Assembly (NCBI GenBank): GCA_965242925.1
Contig: CBDEUM010000012.1
Location: 128,001-192,000, forward strand
Direction of reading: 5' to 3'
Length of the DNA: 64,000 nt
From: Roseibacillus sp.
GTDB taxonomy: Bacteria > Verrucomicrobiota > Verrucomicrobiia > Verrucomicrobiales > Akkermansiaceae
Under the pieces are notes generated by a model. That model was not told where the DNA came from. It searched no databases and saw only the letters and a program-made list of their open reading frames with translations. Position 1 is the first letter of the stretch. The number at the start of each line of letters is the position of its first letter. Shown in pieces: positions 19,364 through 29,548 of the stretch. The translations under genes and the position numbers were made by a program.

Positions 19364-19738
19364 ATGGAAAACAGACCGACTCCCTCGCCACCAGGGACGC
19401 TCATTCTTCGTCACGAGCATGACGCCCCCCGGGAACGGAGCGCCTGCGGATACCGCTATCGACTCATCAGCAAGGAAGATCAGAATGTTGCTGCGTGGGC
19501 TCATGCCGTGGATATCGATGGCGCCAAACCGCACTACCATAAGCGTACCACCGAACTCTATTACGTCCTGGAGGGGGAAGGCTCCTTGATTCTTGATGGG
19601 GAGGAACACGCGGTTCACCCTGGCACCATGATTCATATCCCTCCCGGTGTCCTTCACGGTGCAGTGGGGAAAATGCGCGTCCTGGTAGTGGGCATTCCTG
19701 ACATTGATGATTCCGATGTATTCTATCCAGACTCCTAG
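19364..19738 (+). CDS. Cupin-domain protein
   Basis: Cupin motifs HYHKRTTELYYVLEGEG and IHIPPGVLH. Confidence 0.88.
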   Translation: MENRPTPSPPGTLILRHEHDAPRERSACGYRYRLISKEDQNVAAWAHAVDIDGAKPHYHKRTTELYYVLEGEGSLILDGEEHAVHPGTMIHIPPGVLHGAVGKMRVLVVGIPDIDDSDVFYPDS

Positions 19739-19741
19739 CTC

Positions 19742-22700
19742 ATGAAACCGATTCGCCTCATTCTCTCCACCACTCTGACTGCCCTCGTCATCTCCTTGCC
19801 CGGTTTCGCCGAAGTCGACAGGAATGCACTCCCTGAAGTCGAGGAGGGGTTCGGGATCAATTTCTTTGTCAAGGAGCCCCATATCATCAACCCTTCCTCT
19901 CTGTGCTTTGACAAGCGCGGACGCCTTTACGTTGGAGCCGGCCCCCAGTACCGGCATCCAAAACCGGACTCGCCCACAGATTACATCAAGATTCTGATCG
20001 ACGCGGACGGGGACGGCGTCGCCGAGACGGTGAAGACTTTCGCCGAGGGGCTGAACTGCGTGCAGTCGATGGCCTGGAAGGGCGATGAGCTTTGGGTCGC
20101 CAACGCTCCCGAGCTCACGGTGTTGCGTGATACCGACGGGGACGACGTCGCCGACGAGTACCAGATCATCTACACCGGCCTCAACAACCTGCGCCACAGT
20201 GTGCACGGCCTGAACTGGGGACCCGACGGCTGGCTCTACTTCACCATGGGCAACACCTGGGTGAAGCCGAACGCGCCAAAGCCGATCCGTGACCTGCAGG
20301 GCATCAAGTCGGACGACAAGACGGATTACCCGCTGACGGAGGTCTACACCAGGGACACCTACCCGAAAAGCTACCACCCCATGAACAAGGACGAGAAGGA
20401 GGGCGGGGTGTTCCGCTGCCGGCCCGGCGGGCACGACCTTGAGCTTTACGCCCGCGGTATGCGCAACCCGTGGGACATGTGCATGGACAGCGGTTTCAAC
20501 TGGCTCGCAACCGACAACGACCCCGGCGCACCGGGCGAGCGCATCTTCATGCCGATCCGCCACGGTCACTACTCGATGCGCCACCAATGGAAGTTCGACT
20601 GGATGGGAAAGCACATCGCGGTCGCGCCGTCCTCCGATCTGTTCCCGAGCGTGAGCGGCTCCGGGACGGGTGTCGCCTTTTACACCTCCGAGCACTTCCC
20701 GGAGAAGTATCGCGATCATCACCTGATCGCCGATTGGACGAACAACTGCATCTTCCTCTACAACCCGAAGTGGGACGGTGCGTTACAGGTGCCCGCTGAG
20801 AAGAAGTGGAAAATCGTCGATGGAGGGGCGACGCAGGGCGGCGATCTCGGTTACAAGGGCGCGAAAGGGCGCGCTCTATTCAGGCCGACAGATATCGAGA
20901 TCGGCCCCGACGGTGCTCTCTACATTGCCGGCTGGGGATCCGTTTACGGCACCGAGTATGTCCCCAAGGACAAATGGACGCCCGAGGAGAACGCGAAGTA
21001 TCAAGGGCGGGTGTTCCGGCTGATTCACAAAGAGTCACTGCTCATCCCACGGGCAAAGTGGAATACCGCGAAGCGGGAAAAGGATATCAAGGCTTGGAGC
21101 TTCGAGGAGCTGTTGGAGGATCTCGGTTCGGACGTCCACGTCTGGCGGGTGCACGGGCAGGACGAGCTCGTTCGCCGCGGCGATGCGGCGTGGAACGATC
21201 TCGTGGGTGCGATCCAGTCCGGCGAGCTCAGCGAAACGCAGGCCACTTGGGCGATCTGGGCGATCGGCCACATCGACAAGGCGCTTGGCCATGGCCACGG
21301 GCAGATGGAGAAATTCGCCTGCGACGACTGGCTGACCTTGAAGGAGGCCTTGGATGCCACGCTCGAGCGCTACAAGCTCAACATCCGCATCCAGGCGACA
21401 CGCATCCTCGGCGAGAACGGGGTAGCTTCCGCGGCTCCGCTGCTGGTGAAGTTGCTCGAAGATAGCGAGCCCCGCGTCAGGGCAGCGGCGATGCAGTCGC
21501 TCGACCGCATCGGCTGGAGAGATCACAGCGAAGCGATCCTCGATGCGGTCGCCTACGAGAGGGATCGCGTGGCCTACTACACCAGCTGGCAGGTCATGCG
21601 GCGTCAGTTGCCGGAGGAGCAGAGGCGCAAGTTACTCGCTGACGAGCGTTTCGGGATCCGCCGAATGGCTGCCCTCGGCCTGATGGAGGAGGGGGATCGC
21701 GATTTGCAACGTCGTGCACCCGAGTTCTTGGATGATTCCGGTGCCGCTCCGAAAGGGGGACTGATCACGCTCAAAATCTCGGCGGAGAAACGCAATTTCC
21801 GCGATTCGACAATCGTTCGCTTCGAGGCAAAATCGCCGTTCCAAGTCCACTTCACTTTGGACGGGTTGGAGCCGAATCACAAATCGGCGAAGGCGGGGAA
21901 GAAAATTACGGTCGAGGAAGGCGCCACGATCAAGGCCGCAGCCTTCGAGGGCGAGCGGAGAGTTTCGGGTATCGAATCGCTAACCGTGCACAAGATCTCG
22001 GATTCTGAGTGGGAGAACCGCCTGTTCGTAAACGCCATCGGCGGCGAAGGGGCGGCCAATTCCTACCGGGCGGAACTCGGTGGCTTGCAGCGCGGGGTCT
22101 TGGTATACTCCGACCGAACCTACACCTTCACTGAGATCCCCGAAGCTCTCGCTGGAGCCACCTACATCCGCACCCACAACGACGACAAGGCGGGCCGCGA
22201 CCAATCGTTCCTGCGCTTCGAGATTAATCTGCCTGCGACGCTCTACCTTGCGTATGACGGCCGCACCACCCCACCGAAGCCTCTGATCGAGGGTATGGAG
22301 AAAACCGACATGGTGGTGCGCATGAGCAACGGCGAAAAATTCCCCGTCTATCGCCGCTCGCTGGAGGCCGGTGAGGTGGTGCTCGGCGGCAACAAGGTTG
22401 GCGGTAGGGGCGGTGAATCGATGTATCAGGTGTTTCTCACTAAAGCCGGCAACTCGAAAACCGAGGTGGCCGCGGCAGTTGCTATGCTCCCAAAGGCAAA
22501 TTTAAAGCACGGCGAAGAGATTTTCTTCGGACGGGGCACCTGCTTCGCCTGTCACCATGTTCACGGCAAAGGTGTGGTGCTGGGACCGGACCTTGTTGGA
22601 ATCCACAAACGACAGGACCTTAACTACGTTATCAAGTCCATCCTTGAACCGGATGCCTACATTGTGGAGGGCTTCCAGCAGACCAGTCTCAGGTTGAAGG

Positions 22701-22909
22701 ACGGTCGTGAACTTTTCGGCATGATTCAGGAAGAGACGGCCCAGATCGTGAAGATCTACCTTCCCACCGGCGAACGTGTGGTGGTGCAACCCAGGGAGAT
22801 CGTGAAACGTTCCGACGCCAAGCACTCGGGCATGCCCTCCAGTTTCACCTATACTCTGAGTCCGCAGGATGTTGCCGACCTCTCGGTCTGGATCATGTCA
22901 CTCAAGTAG
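19742..22909 (+). CDS. PVC-type heme-binding CxxCH protein (beta-propeller dehydrogenase-like, HEAT repeats, cytochrome c)
   Basis: Signal peptide, DADGDG/DTDGDD motifs, WGPDGWLY, GMRNPW, FRPTDIEIGPDGALY, HEAT-like helices and a C-terminal CFACH...GPDL...SGMP cytochrome c domain. Confidence 0.9.
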   Translation: MKPIRLILSTTLTALVISLPGFAEVDRNALPEVEEGFGINFFVKEPHIINPSSLCFDKRGRLYVGAGPQYRHPKPDSPTDYIKILIDADGDGVAETVKTFAEGLNCVQSMAWKGDELWVANAPELTVLRDTDGDDVADEYQIIYTGLNNLRHSVHGLNWGPDGWLYFTMGNTWVKPNAPKPIRDLQGIKSDDKTDYPLTEVYTRDTYPKSYHPMNKDEKEGGVFRCRPGGHDLELYARGMRNPWDMCMDSGFNWLATDNDPGAPGERIFMPIRHGHYSMRHQWKFDWMGKHIAVAPSSDLFPSVSGSGTGVAFYTSEHFPEKYRDHHLIADWTNNCIFLYNPKWDGALQVPAEKKWKIVDGGATQGGDLGYKGAKGRALFRPTDIEIGPDGALYIAGWGSVYGTEYVPKDKWTPEENAKYQGRVFRLIHKESLLIPRAKWNTAKREKDIKAWSFEELLEDLGSDVHVWRVHGQDELVRRGDAAWNDLVGAIQSGELSETQATWAIWAIGHIDKALGHGHGQMEKFACDDWLTLKEALDATLERYKLNIRIQATRILGENGVASAAPLLVKLLEDSEPRVRAAAMQSLDRIGWRDHSEAILDAVAYERDRVAYYTSWQVMRRQLPEEQRRKLLADERFGIRRMAALGLMEEGDRDLQRRAPEFLDDSGAAPKGGLITLKISAEKRNFRDSTIVRFEAKSPFQVHFTLDGLEPNHKSAKAGKKITVEEGATIKAAAFEGERRVSGIESLTVHKISDSEWENRLFVNAIGGEGAANSYRAELGGLQRGVLVYSDRTYTFTEIPEALAGATYIRTHNDDKAGRDQSFLRFEINLPATLYLAYDGRTTPPKPLIEGMEKTDMVVRMSNGEKFPVYRRSLEAGEVVLGGNKVGGRGGESMYQVFLTKAGNSKTEVAAAVAMLPKANLKHGEEIFFGRGTCFACHHVHGKGVVLGPDLVGIHKRQDLNYVIKSILEPDAYIVEGFQQTSLRLKDGRELFGMIQEETAQIVKIYLPTGERVVVQPREIVKRSDAKHSGMPSSFTYTLSPQDVADLSVWIMSLK

Positions 22910-22993
22910 CCAGGTGGCGACATTTCTCAAGTTGCCTGAGCACACCTGCCCTGGATCACACGAGAGCAATACGGCAACTTCCAGTCCCTCGGG

Positions 22994-23794
22994 TTACAAT
23001 GTCACGCCCAGTTGCTCCGGCAGGGCGGTGCGGGGACGCGAGGTGAGGATCTCAGGATCACCGGTCGTCACCAGAACGGTGTGTTCGAAATGAGCCGATG
23101 ATTTCCGGTCAGCAGTCACCACCGTCCATCCGTCATCGAGCCAGTCCACCTCTCCCACCCCGGCATTCACCATCGGCTCAATGGCGAGAATCATGCCCGC
23201 TTTGAGCCGGGGAGAGCGCCCCTCGGGCCGGAAGTTGGGAACTTCGGGTTTTTCATGCAGGTTCCGCCCCACCCCGTGGCCCACCAATTTACGAACCACG
23301 GTGAAGCCATGACGGTTTACGTAGGCTTCCACACTCCCGCAGAGATCAGCCAGAAGAACCCCGTCCCGGGCATGATCGATGGCCTCATAAAGGCTCTGCT
23401 CCGTGGCAGCCAGCAGGCGGCGATCTTCCTGGGTGACCGGGCCGACAGGCACCGTGACCGCATTGTCACCGATCCATCCGTCCATCGTGACACCGATATC
23501 AATACTGATGAGATCTCCGGGCTGAATACGGCGGGCTCCTCCTATTCCGTGCACGACCTCCTCGTTGATTGAGATACAGATGTTGCCCGGAAAATTTCGA
23601 TAGCCCAGGAAGGTGGGAATTCCACCGCGCTCCGCTATCAACTCGGCGGCGTAGGCATCAACCTCGGCAGTGGTCCTCCCCGGCTCAATGAATCCGGCGG
23701 TGGCCTGAAGAACTTCACTGGCATTCTCTCCCGCGATCCGCATCTTGCGGATTTCAGTTTCGCTCTTGATCGGAATATTGATGCGTTTACCCAT
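22994..23794 (-). CDS. map: Type I methionyl aminopeptidase
   Basis: Motifs CISINEEVVHGI, DIG...D, GHGVG..LHE, IEPM, HFEHT. Confidence 0.97.
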   Translation of the reverse strand: MGKRINIPIKSETEIRKMRIAGENASEVLQATAGFIEPGRTTAEVDAYAAELIAERGGIPTFLGYRNFPGNICISINEEVVHGIGGARRIQPGDLISIDIGVTMDGWIGDNAVTVPVGPVTQEDRRLLAATEQSLYEAIDHARDGVLLADLCGSVEAYVNRHGFTVVRKLVGHGVGRNLHEKPEVPNFRPEGRSPRLKAGMILAIEPMVNAGVGEVDWLDDGWTVVTADRKSSAHFEHTVLVTTGDPEILTSRPRTALPEQLGVTL

Positions 23795-23798
23795 GAGA

Positions 23799-24437
23799 TC
23801 AGGCGAGCTCAGACTGCACATTATGGAAGACTTCCTCCGGGGATCCGAGGCCCCAGACCCGGAGGAGCCGACCGGATTGTTCGTAATAAGCGGCTACAGG
23901 CAAGGTCAACTCTTCAAACGCCTTCAGGCGCCGGCGAAAGTTTTCCAGATCATCGTCGTGCCGTTGTCCCAGCGTGGCACCGCAGGACGGACAGACTCCT
24001 CCGGACACCTCGGCCTGGATCTTGGTCCCGGTCCAGGGACACGCCGTGCATTCCCGACGATCGATCACGCGGCGTTCCAGTTCCGCTACCGGCCCCTCCA
24101 GGAGAAGGGCCTTCAAATGTGCTCCCTCCCCCCCGAGAACCCGGTCGAGCTCCTCGGCCTGAGGCAGGGTGCGCGGAAAACCGTCAAGGACCCAGCCCCC
24201 CTTCTCTTTTTTTATCCATCCGATGACAAGGGCGAGCACCAGTTCGTCGGGCACGTATTGGCCGGCCGCCAGGTAGGGCTCAACCTCTTTGCCAAGCCGG
24301 GAAGCCGCCTTCATTTCCCGCCGGAGCTGCTTGCCGGTACTGAAATAGGAGAGATTCCTCTCCCTTGCGAGCAGTCGCCCCTGTGTTCCCTTTCCCGAAG
24401 CCGGAGGACCCAGCAGGACTATCGTAGCAGCATCCAC
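23799..24437 (-). CDS. adk: Adenylate kinase with a Cys4 LID
   Basis: Motifs GPPASGKGTQ, LDGFPRT, CTAC...CPSC, RHDD; lies between secY and map. Confidence 0.95.
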   Translation of the reverse strand: MDAATIVLLGPPASGKGTQGRLLARERNLSYFSTGKQLRREMKAASRLGKEVEPYLAAGQYVPDELVLALVIGWIKKEKGGWVLDGFPRTLPQAEELDRVLGGEGAHLKALLLEGPVAELERRVIDRRECTACPWTGTKIQAEVSGGVCPSCGATLGQRHDDDLENFRRRLKAFEELTLPVAAYYEQSGRLLRVWGLGSPEEVFHNVQSELA

Positions 24438-24453
24438 CGGATCGGCAGCAAGA

Positions 24454-25947
24454 TCACTTGTTCATGATCCAGGCCACGATTGCGAGAAGAATCAAGGCGG
24501 CTGCAAAAGCCCATAGGTAGACCAATGCGGAACCGGAAGCAGTCGCTCCCGTTCCCTGCGTCCGTCCCCGCCCCCGGATCTTGCCCTTCCGCAGGAAGCC
24601 GTCGTAGTGACGCTGCAGGAGATGCGTCTCCGTCTGCCGGAGGATATCAAGCAAGACCCCTACCAGAATGAGGAGACTGGTGCCCCCAAAGAAGCTGGTT
24701 ACCACGAAATTCAGATCGAGGGTAATGGTCAGCAGCATGGGCAGGATGTAGACGAGCGTGAGGAAGAGAGCCCCCGCGAAGGTCAGCCGCGTCATGGTGA
24801 AGTCGAGAAACTCCGCCGTCGGCTTGCCGGGACGCACCCCGGGAACATATCCCCCACTCCGTTTCAGGTTCTCTGCAATCTCACTGGGCTGGAACATTGT
24901 TGCCACCCAGAAGTAACTGAAGAAGAAGATCATTCCCCCCGAAATGATGAAATATGAGATGCTCGGCGGATTGAGGGTTTCCGTCAGCCATGCTACCCAC
25001 TCCTTATCACCGAAGGCGGGAATGGAACTCAGCAGCATGGTGGGAAGTGAAAGGATCGCGCTAGCAAAGATGATGGGCATCACCCCGGAGTAATTCACCT
25101 TGAGCGGGAGATACTGTGTCTGCTGGCCCGTCAACTGTTTGCCACGCACCCGCTTGGCATACTGAATGGCGATACGGCGCTGGGCCTGCGTAATGGCAAT
25201 TACGCCCGCAATGATGACGAGGAGAAGGGCAAAGAGCCCAACCAGAATCATCGGCTTGAAGGGATTGGCCTCCGCATTCCGGACGTAGGTGTTGAACGCC
25301 TGGACCAGGGCTCCGGGCAGGGATGCGATGATGTTGACTGAGATGATGACCGAAATCCCGTTCCCGATTCCACGCTCGGTGATCTGGTCACCAATCCACA
25401 TCAACAGCATTGTTCCCGCCAGGATAGTGAGCACCGTGAGCATGACGAAAGGAATCCCTGGTTCAGGCACAAGGGGCCCTCCGCCATGCTGGACTATCCC
25501 CTCCATGTAAGGGATGTTCCCGGGACTCTGGAGGGTCTGGGCCAGCAGAAATCCCTGCACCACCGAAATGACAATGGTGATAAAGCGGGTGTACTGGTTG
25601 ATCTTCTGCTGCCCACCCTCTTCGCGGCGAAGTTTGGCCAGTTTCGGGACAACCGCTGACATCAGTTGCATCATGATGGATGCGGAGATGTAGGGCATGA
25701 TCCCCAAGGCAAAAATTGCACACTGCTGCAGGGCACCGCCGGAAAAAACATTCAGCAAAACCCCGATGGCGTTTCCGCCCTCATCGTTTTCCACGCGCCA
25801 TTCGAGCCAGCGATCGATCACACTCGCATCCACGCCTGGAAGGGTAATGGCCACGCCGAGGCGGACGATCACCACCATGATCAGGGTAAAGAGAATGCGG
25901 TCGCGCAGTTCGGCGACTTTCCAGATATTCGCAAAGGCCGTGATCAT
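24454..25947 (-). CDS. secY: Preprotein translocase subunit SecY
   Basis: Motifs LGIMPYISASI, GIGNGIS, PIIFA, PGVRPG, GGTSLLI. Confidence 0.99.
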   Translation of the reverse strand: MITAFANIWKVAELRDRILFTLIMVVIVRLGVAITLPGVDASVIDRWLEWRVENDEGGNAIGVLLNVFSGGALQQCAIFALGIMPYISASIMMQLMSAVVPKLAKLRREEGGQQKINQYTRFITIVISVVQGFLLAQTLQSPGNIPYMEGIVQHGGGPLVPEPGIPFVMLTVLTILAGTMLLMWIGDQITERGIGNGISVIISVNIIASLPGALVQAFNTYVRNAEANPFKPMILVGLFALLLVIIAGVIAITQAQRRIAIQYAKRVRGKQLTGQQTQYLPLKVNYSGVMPIIFASAILSLPTMLLSSIPAFGDKEWVAWLTETLNPPSISYFIISGGMIFFFSYFWVATMFQPSEIAENLKRSGGYVPGVRPGKPTAEFLDFTMTRLTFAGALFLTLVYILPMLLTITLDLNFVVTSFFGGTSLLILVGVLLDILRQTETHLLQRHYDGFLRKGKIRGRGRTQGTGATASGSALVYLWAFAAALILLAIVAWIMNK

Positions 25948-26024
25948 TTAATTACCGGTGGTGGCGAAGTTAGGTTACAGGCAGCGTACTGAAAATCGAA
26001 TGGATCTGCATGCCGTTGAGATAG

Positions 26025-26474
26025 TCAGGCACCCGATTCGACCGTTCCTCCGGCCTTCTCGATTTTTGCCCGCGCAGAAGCACTGACGGCATCCGTCACC
26101 ACCGTCAGTTTTCGCTCAAGATCTCCCTGACCGAGAATCTTGATGGCATCGCACCGACCGGAAACCAACCCTGCCTCGCGCAAGGTCTTCTCGTTGACCG
26201 TCGCACCATCCTCGAATTTCTGGTTGAGTTGGGAGACATTGACGATTGCGATCTTTTCGCGAAATTGCACATTGCTGAACCCCTTCTTGGGAAGACGGCG
26301 GTGCAGAGGCATCTGGCCTCCCTCGAAACCGGGACGCACTCCACCTCCCGATCGAGACTTTTGTCCCTTGTGGCCGCGACCGCAGGTCTTGCCCAGTCCG
26401 GAACTTTCACCATTACCAAGGCGCTTCCGACGATGCTTCGCACCGGGATTAGGTTTTAAGTCGTGAAGATTCAT
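26025..26474 (-). CDS. rplO: 50S ribosomal protein L15
   Basis: Motifs GRGHKGQKSRSG, FEGGQMPL.RRLPK, KIEKAGG. Confidence 0.99.
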   Translation of the reverse strand: MNLHDLKPNPGAKHRRKRLGNGESSGLGKTCGRGHKGQKSRSGGGVRPGFEGGQMPLHRRLPKKGFSNVQFREKIAIVNVSQLNQKFEDGATVNEKTLREAGLVSGRCDAIKILGQGDLERKLTVVTDAVSASARAKIEKAGGTVESGA

Positions 26475-26604
26475 GTTGTGTATGAGGGAGTGCTTGAGTG
26501 GCGGCAGTGAGCCCCTGGAGCCCGGTTTCATCGCTCCATTACCCCATTGCTCCAAGTCGGTTGAGTTTGATCTCCGGTGATTCTGAAAGGGCAGTGTTGC
26601 GCGA

Positions 26605-27579
26605 TTATATTGCTTTCTCCTTCTTCTTGCCACGCAGGCTCATAACCTGGTCACGGTTGCGCAGGAGTGAGAGCGCCTTGAGAGTGGCTTTCACCACGTT
26701 GGAGGGATTGTTCGAGCCGAGCGACTTGCCAAGGACATCCTTGATGCCTACCGCCTCGCACACGGCACGCACCCCGCCACCAGCAATAATTCCCGTTCCC
26801 GGCGAAGCGGGCTTGAGGAGCACTTTGCCACCACCAAATTCCGCATAGATTTCATGAGGAATCGTGTCCCCGGCCAGAGTCATGGTCTCGAGGTTGCGCT
26901 TGGAATTATCACTCGCTTTGCGGATCGATTCGGCCACCTCGTTAGCTTTTCCAAAGCCATAACCCACCTTGCCGGCATGGTCGCCAGCCACCACCAGAGC
27001 GGAAAAGCTGAAACGACGTCCACCCTTTACGACCTTGGCGCAGCGATTAATGAAAACCACTTTCTCAGTGACTTCCTGACCTTCCTCGTCCCGAGGCGGT
27101 CCGCCGAAGCCGAAATCACGGCGCGATGGCACCGCGGCCGGAACAGGAGTAGCTGCCACGGTGGCCGGAGCGGCTGCCTCTGCCGGGGTTGCTGTCTCTG
27201 CCGGAGCCGCTTCCTCTGCCGGGGCTGCTGCCTCTGCCGGGGCTGCTGCCTCTGCCGGAGCCTGCTTCCTCTGCCGGAGCCGCTTCCTCTGCCGGAGCTG
27301 CTTCCTCTGCCGGAGCTGCTCCTCTGCCGGGGCTGCTGCCTCTGCCGGGGCTGCTTCCTCTGCCGGAGCTGCTTCCTCTGCCGGGGCTGCTTCCTCTGCC
27401 GGAGCTGCTGCCTCTGCCGGAGGCCGCTTCCTCTGCCGGGGCTGCTTCCTCTGCCGGGGCTGCTTCCTCTGCCGGGTTGCTGCTTCCTCTGCCGGGGTGG
27501 AAGGAGACTCCTCTACTGGTTTCTCCTCCGGAGCCGGAGTATCCTGATCGGAGGGCGGGGTGTCGTTACTGGTAGCCAT
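26605..27579 (-). CDS. rpsE: 30S ribosomal protein S5 with a repeat-encoded N-terminal extension of about 165 aa
   Basis: The core motifs [16 protein letters not shown] and [12 protein letters not shown] lie in the C-terminal half; the N-terminal half is (PAEEAA)n. Confidence 0.97.
   Translation of the reverse strand: MATSNDTPPSDQDTPAPEEKPVEESPSTPAEEAATRQRKQPRQRKQPRQRKRPPAEAAAPAEEAAPAEEAAPAEEAAPAEAAAPAEEQLRQRKQLRQRKRLRQRKQAPAEAAAPAEAAAPAEEAAPAETATPAEAAAPATVAATPVPAAVPSRRDFGFGGPPRDEEGQEVTEKVVFINRCAKVVKGGRRFSFSALVVAGDHAGKVGYGFGKANEVAESIRKASDNSKRNLETMTLAGDTIPHEIYAEFGGGKVLLKPASPGTGIIAGGGVRAVCEAVGIKDVLGKSLGSNNPSNVVKATLKALSLLRNRDQVMSLRGKKKEKAI
27178..27495. repeat. 18-bp tandem repeat (VNTR) inside rpsE, 18 copies of core CTCTGCCGG
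   Basis: Consensus CTCTGCCGG(A/G)GCTGCT(T/G)C. Four units are off-length: 19, 17, 19 and 20 bp. Confidence 0.98.
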
Positions 27580-27592
27580 GATGAAGAGAGTT

Positions 27593-27949
27593 TTAAAATT
27601 TCAATCCGCCTTCCCGTGCAGCTTCGGCCAAAGCCTTGATCTTTCCGTGGTAAAGGTGGCCTCCACGGTCGAAGACGACGGCAGACACACTGGCTCCACC
27701 AGCCCGGGTTGCGATGAGGGCACCTACTTTCTCAGCCGTAGCAACATTTGAGCCTGAACCCTCAACCTCCTTGTCGAGGCTGGAGGCGGCGCAGAGCGTA
27801 CGTCCTCCCACGTCGTCGATAATCTGGGCGTAAATGTTCTTGTTGGAGTAATGCACCGCCAGACGGGGACAGCCTGCAGTCCCGGATACCTTTTTTCGGA
27901 TGCGCCGGTGGATCTTCCGCCGGATTTCCTTTCGATTCAGAATGCTCAT
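27593..27949 (-). CDS. rplR: 50S ribosomal protein L18
   Basis: Motifs [28 protein letters not shown]. Confidence 0.99.
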   Translation of the reverse strand: MSILNRKEIRRKIHRRIRKKVSGTAGCPRLAVHYSNKNIYAQIIDDVGGRTLCAASSLDKEVEGSGSNVATAEKVGALIATRAGGASVSAVVFDRGGHLYHGKIKALAEAAREGGLKF

Positions 27950-27969
27950 GGTCTTTTTCAGCTAGGGGA

Positions 27970-28512
27970 TTACGCCTGAACGCTCTTGCCGGCCTTCCGG
28001 CGAACGTATTCTCCAACATAGCGGACTCCCTTGCCTTTATAGGGCTCGGGCGGATAGTAATTGCGCACCTCGGCCGCAAACTGGCCCACCACCTGCTTGT
28101 TCATTCCCTCTACCTTGATCTTGGTGTTGTCGGTCACTGTCACGGTAACTTCATCGGGAATGGGATGAAGGATGGGATGGGATTTCCCCAGGCTCAGATC
28201 GAGCTTTTTGCCCTTCACCGCAGCCCGGAATCCGACGCCCTGGATCTCCAACTCCTTGGCGAAACCATTGGAAACGCCTTCCACCATGTTGTTGATGAGA
28301 CTGCGGGCTGTGCCATGCAGGGCGCGAAGTTTGCGCTGATCGTTCTCACGCTTCACCGTTACTTCGCTGTCCCCCTGGTCAATGGATATACCGGGCGGCA
28401 ATTGCCATTCCAGCTTGCCCTTGGGGCCTTCCACCGTGACTTCCCCGTCATTACCGATGTTGATCGAAACCTTGTCGGGGAGGGAAATGTTCTTCTGTCC
28501 AACTCGTGACAT
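27970..28512 (-). CDS. rplF: 50S ribosomal protein L6
   Basis: Motifs MSRVG, GPKG.L, PEPYKGKG, RRKAGK. Confidence 0.99.
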   Translation of the reverse strand: MSRVGQKNISLPDKVSINIGNDGEVTVEGPKGKLEWQLPPGISIDQGDSEVTVKRENDQRKLRALHGTARSLINNMVEGVSNGFAKELEIQGVGFRAAVKGKKLDLSLGKSHPILHPIPDEVTVTVTDNTKIKVEGMNKQVVGQFAAEVRNYYPPEPYKGKGVRYVGEYVRRKAGKSVQA

Positions 28513-28532
28513 TGTTCTATTCTGGGTTGGAG

Positions 28533-28931
28533 TTACCACACAAAGGCGAGCAATTCGCCGCCCACATTCTGGCGCTTGGCCTGCGATCCGGTCATGATTC
28601 CCCGGGACGTCGATACGATCGAAATCCCAAGGCCATTGAGAACACGAGGAATCTCCTGCGAGCCCACATAATGTCGCCGTCCCGGCTTGGAGACCTTCTT
28701 CAGATCGGTGAGAGCCGGGGTTCCGTCCATAAATTTGGTCTTCACCTGCAACTGGGGGAACTTTTCCGAGGTATCGACCTCGTAGCTCCAGATGTAGCCC
28801 TCTTCCTTGAGGACACGGGCGATCTCCGCCTTTGCCTTTGAGAATGGCGCGGAGAAGCGGTCATTCCCCGCCCGCGAAGCGTTCTTCAAGCGGGTCAGGA
28901 AATCGGAAATAGGATCTGAAAGGACAGCCAT
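28533..28931 (-). CDS. rpsH: 30S ribosomal protein S8
   Basis: Motifs DPISDFLTRLKNA, SKPGRR.Y, GLGISIVSTSRG, GGE. Confidence 0.99.
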   Translation of the reverse strand: MAVLSDPISDFLTRLKNASRAGNDRFSAPFSKAKAEIARVLKEEGYIWSYEVDTSEKFPQLQVKTKFMDGTPALTDLKKVSKPGRRHYVGSQEIPRVLNGLGISIVSTSRGIMTGSQAKRQNVGGELLAFVW

Positions 28932-28960
28932 GATTCAATCTGGTTCGTCGTTACTTGGGG

Positions 28961-29548
28961 TTAGGCCGCGGCTTCGGCGGCCTCCTGATCTTCCTGCGGC
29001 TGCGGCTTTCGGAAGGGAAAGCCCAGTGCATCGAGAAGAGCCTTCCCGTATTCGTTGTTGTCTGCGGTAGTCACAAAAATGATATCAAAGCCGAGGTTGC
29101 GCTTGATCTTATCGAGTTCCACTTCCGGAAAGATGGACTGATCGGAGACGCCAGCGGCATAGTTCCCCCTTCCATCAAAACTCTTCGGTGAGAATCCTCG
29201 AAAATCCCTAATGTTGGGAGTGGTAATGTGTACAAAGCGGTCCAGGAATTCCCACATGTGATTTCCCCGCAGGGTCACTCGGGCTCCCACCATCTCGCCC
29301 GCACGCACTTTGAAGTTGGCCACACTCTTACGGGCATAAACCACGCTCGGCTTCTGCCCCGTAATGCGGGAGATTTCTTCAACCGCGTCTTCCGTTGCAG
29401 TCTTCCGTTCGGACTGGGTATATCCGACGTGGCTGGTCACCACGATCTTGTTCAGCTTGGGCACCTGATTGACGTTCTTCAGGCCCAGCTCTTCCTGGAG
29501 CGCCGGAACGACGGTCTCCTTGTAGTATGTCAGTAGGGTTGGGGTCAT
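28961..29548 (-). CDS. rplE: 50S ribosomal protein L5
   Basis: Motifs ITGQKP, ARKSVANFK.R, VTLRG, RDFRG, FDGRGNY, IFPE. Confidence 0.99.
   Translation of the reverse strand: MTPTLLTYYKETVVPALQEELGLKNVNQVPKLNKIVVTSHVGYTQSERKTATEDAVEEISRITGQKPSVVYARKSVANFKVRAGEMVGARVTLRGNHMWEFLDRFVHITTPNIRDFRGFSPKSFDGRGNYAAGVSDQSIFPEVELDKIKRNLGFDIIFVTTADNNEYGKALLDALGFPFRKPQPQEDQEAAEAAA

Noticed and set aside
22910..22993. Intrinsic terminator at the end of the ribosomal operon
   Set aside because: Inverted repeats exist (AAGTTGCC/GGCAACTT, CAGGTG/CACCTG), but the loops are long and there is no U-tract.
27178..27495. Repeats as a CRISPR array
   Set aside because: Units are contiguous with no unique spacers, lie inside a coding sequence, and there are no cas genes. 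The same applies to 31376-31620.
26854..27639. Cys-rich (LCRGC)n and (LPLP)n ORFs on the + strand
   Set aside because: Antisense frames of the rpsE repeat.
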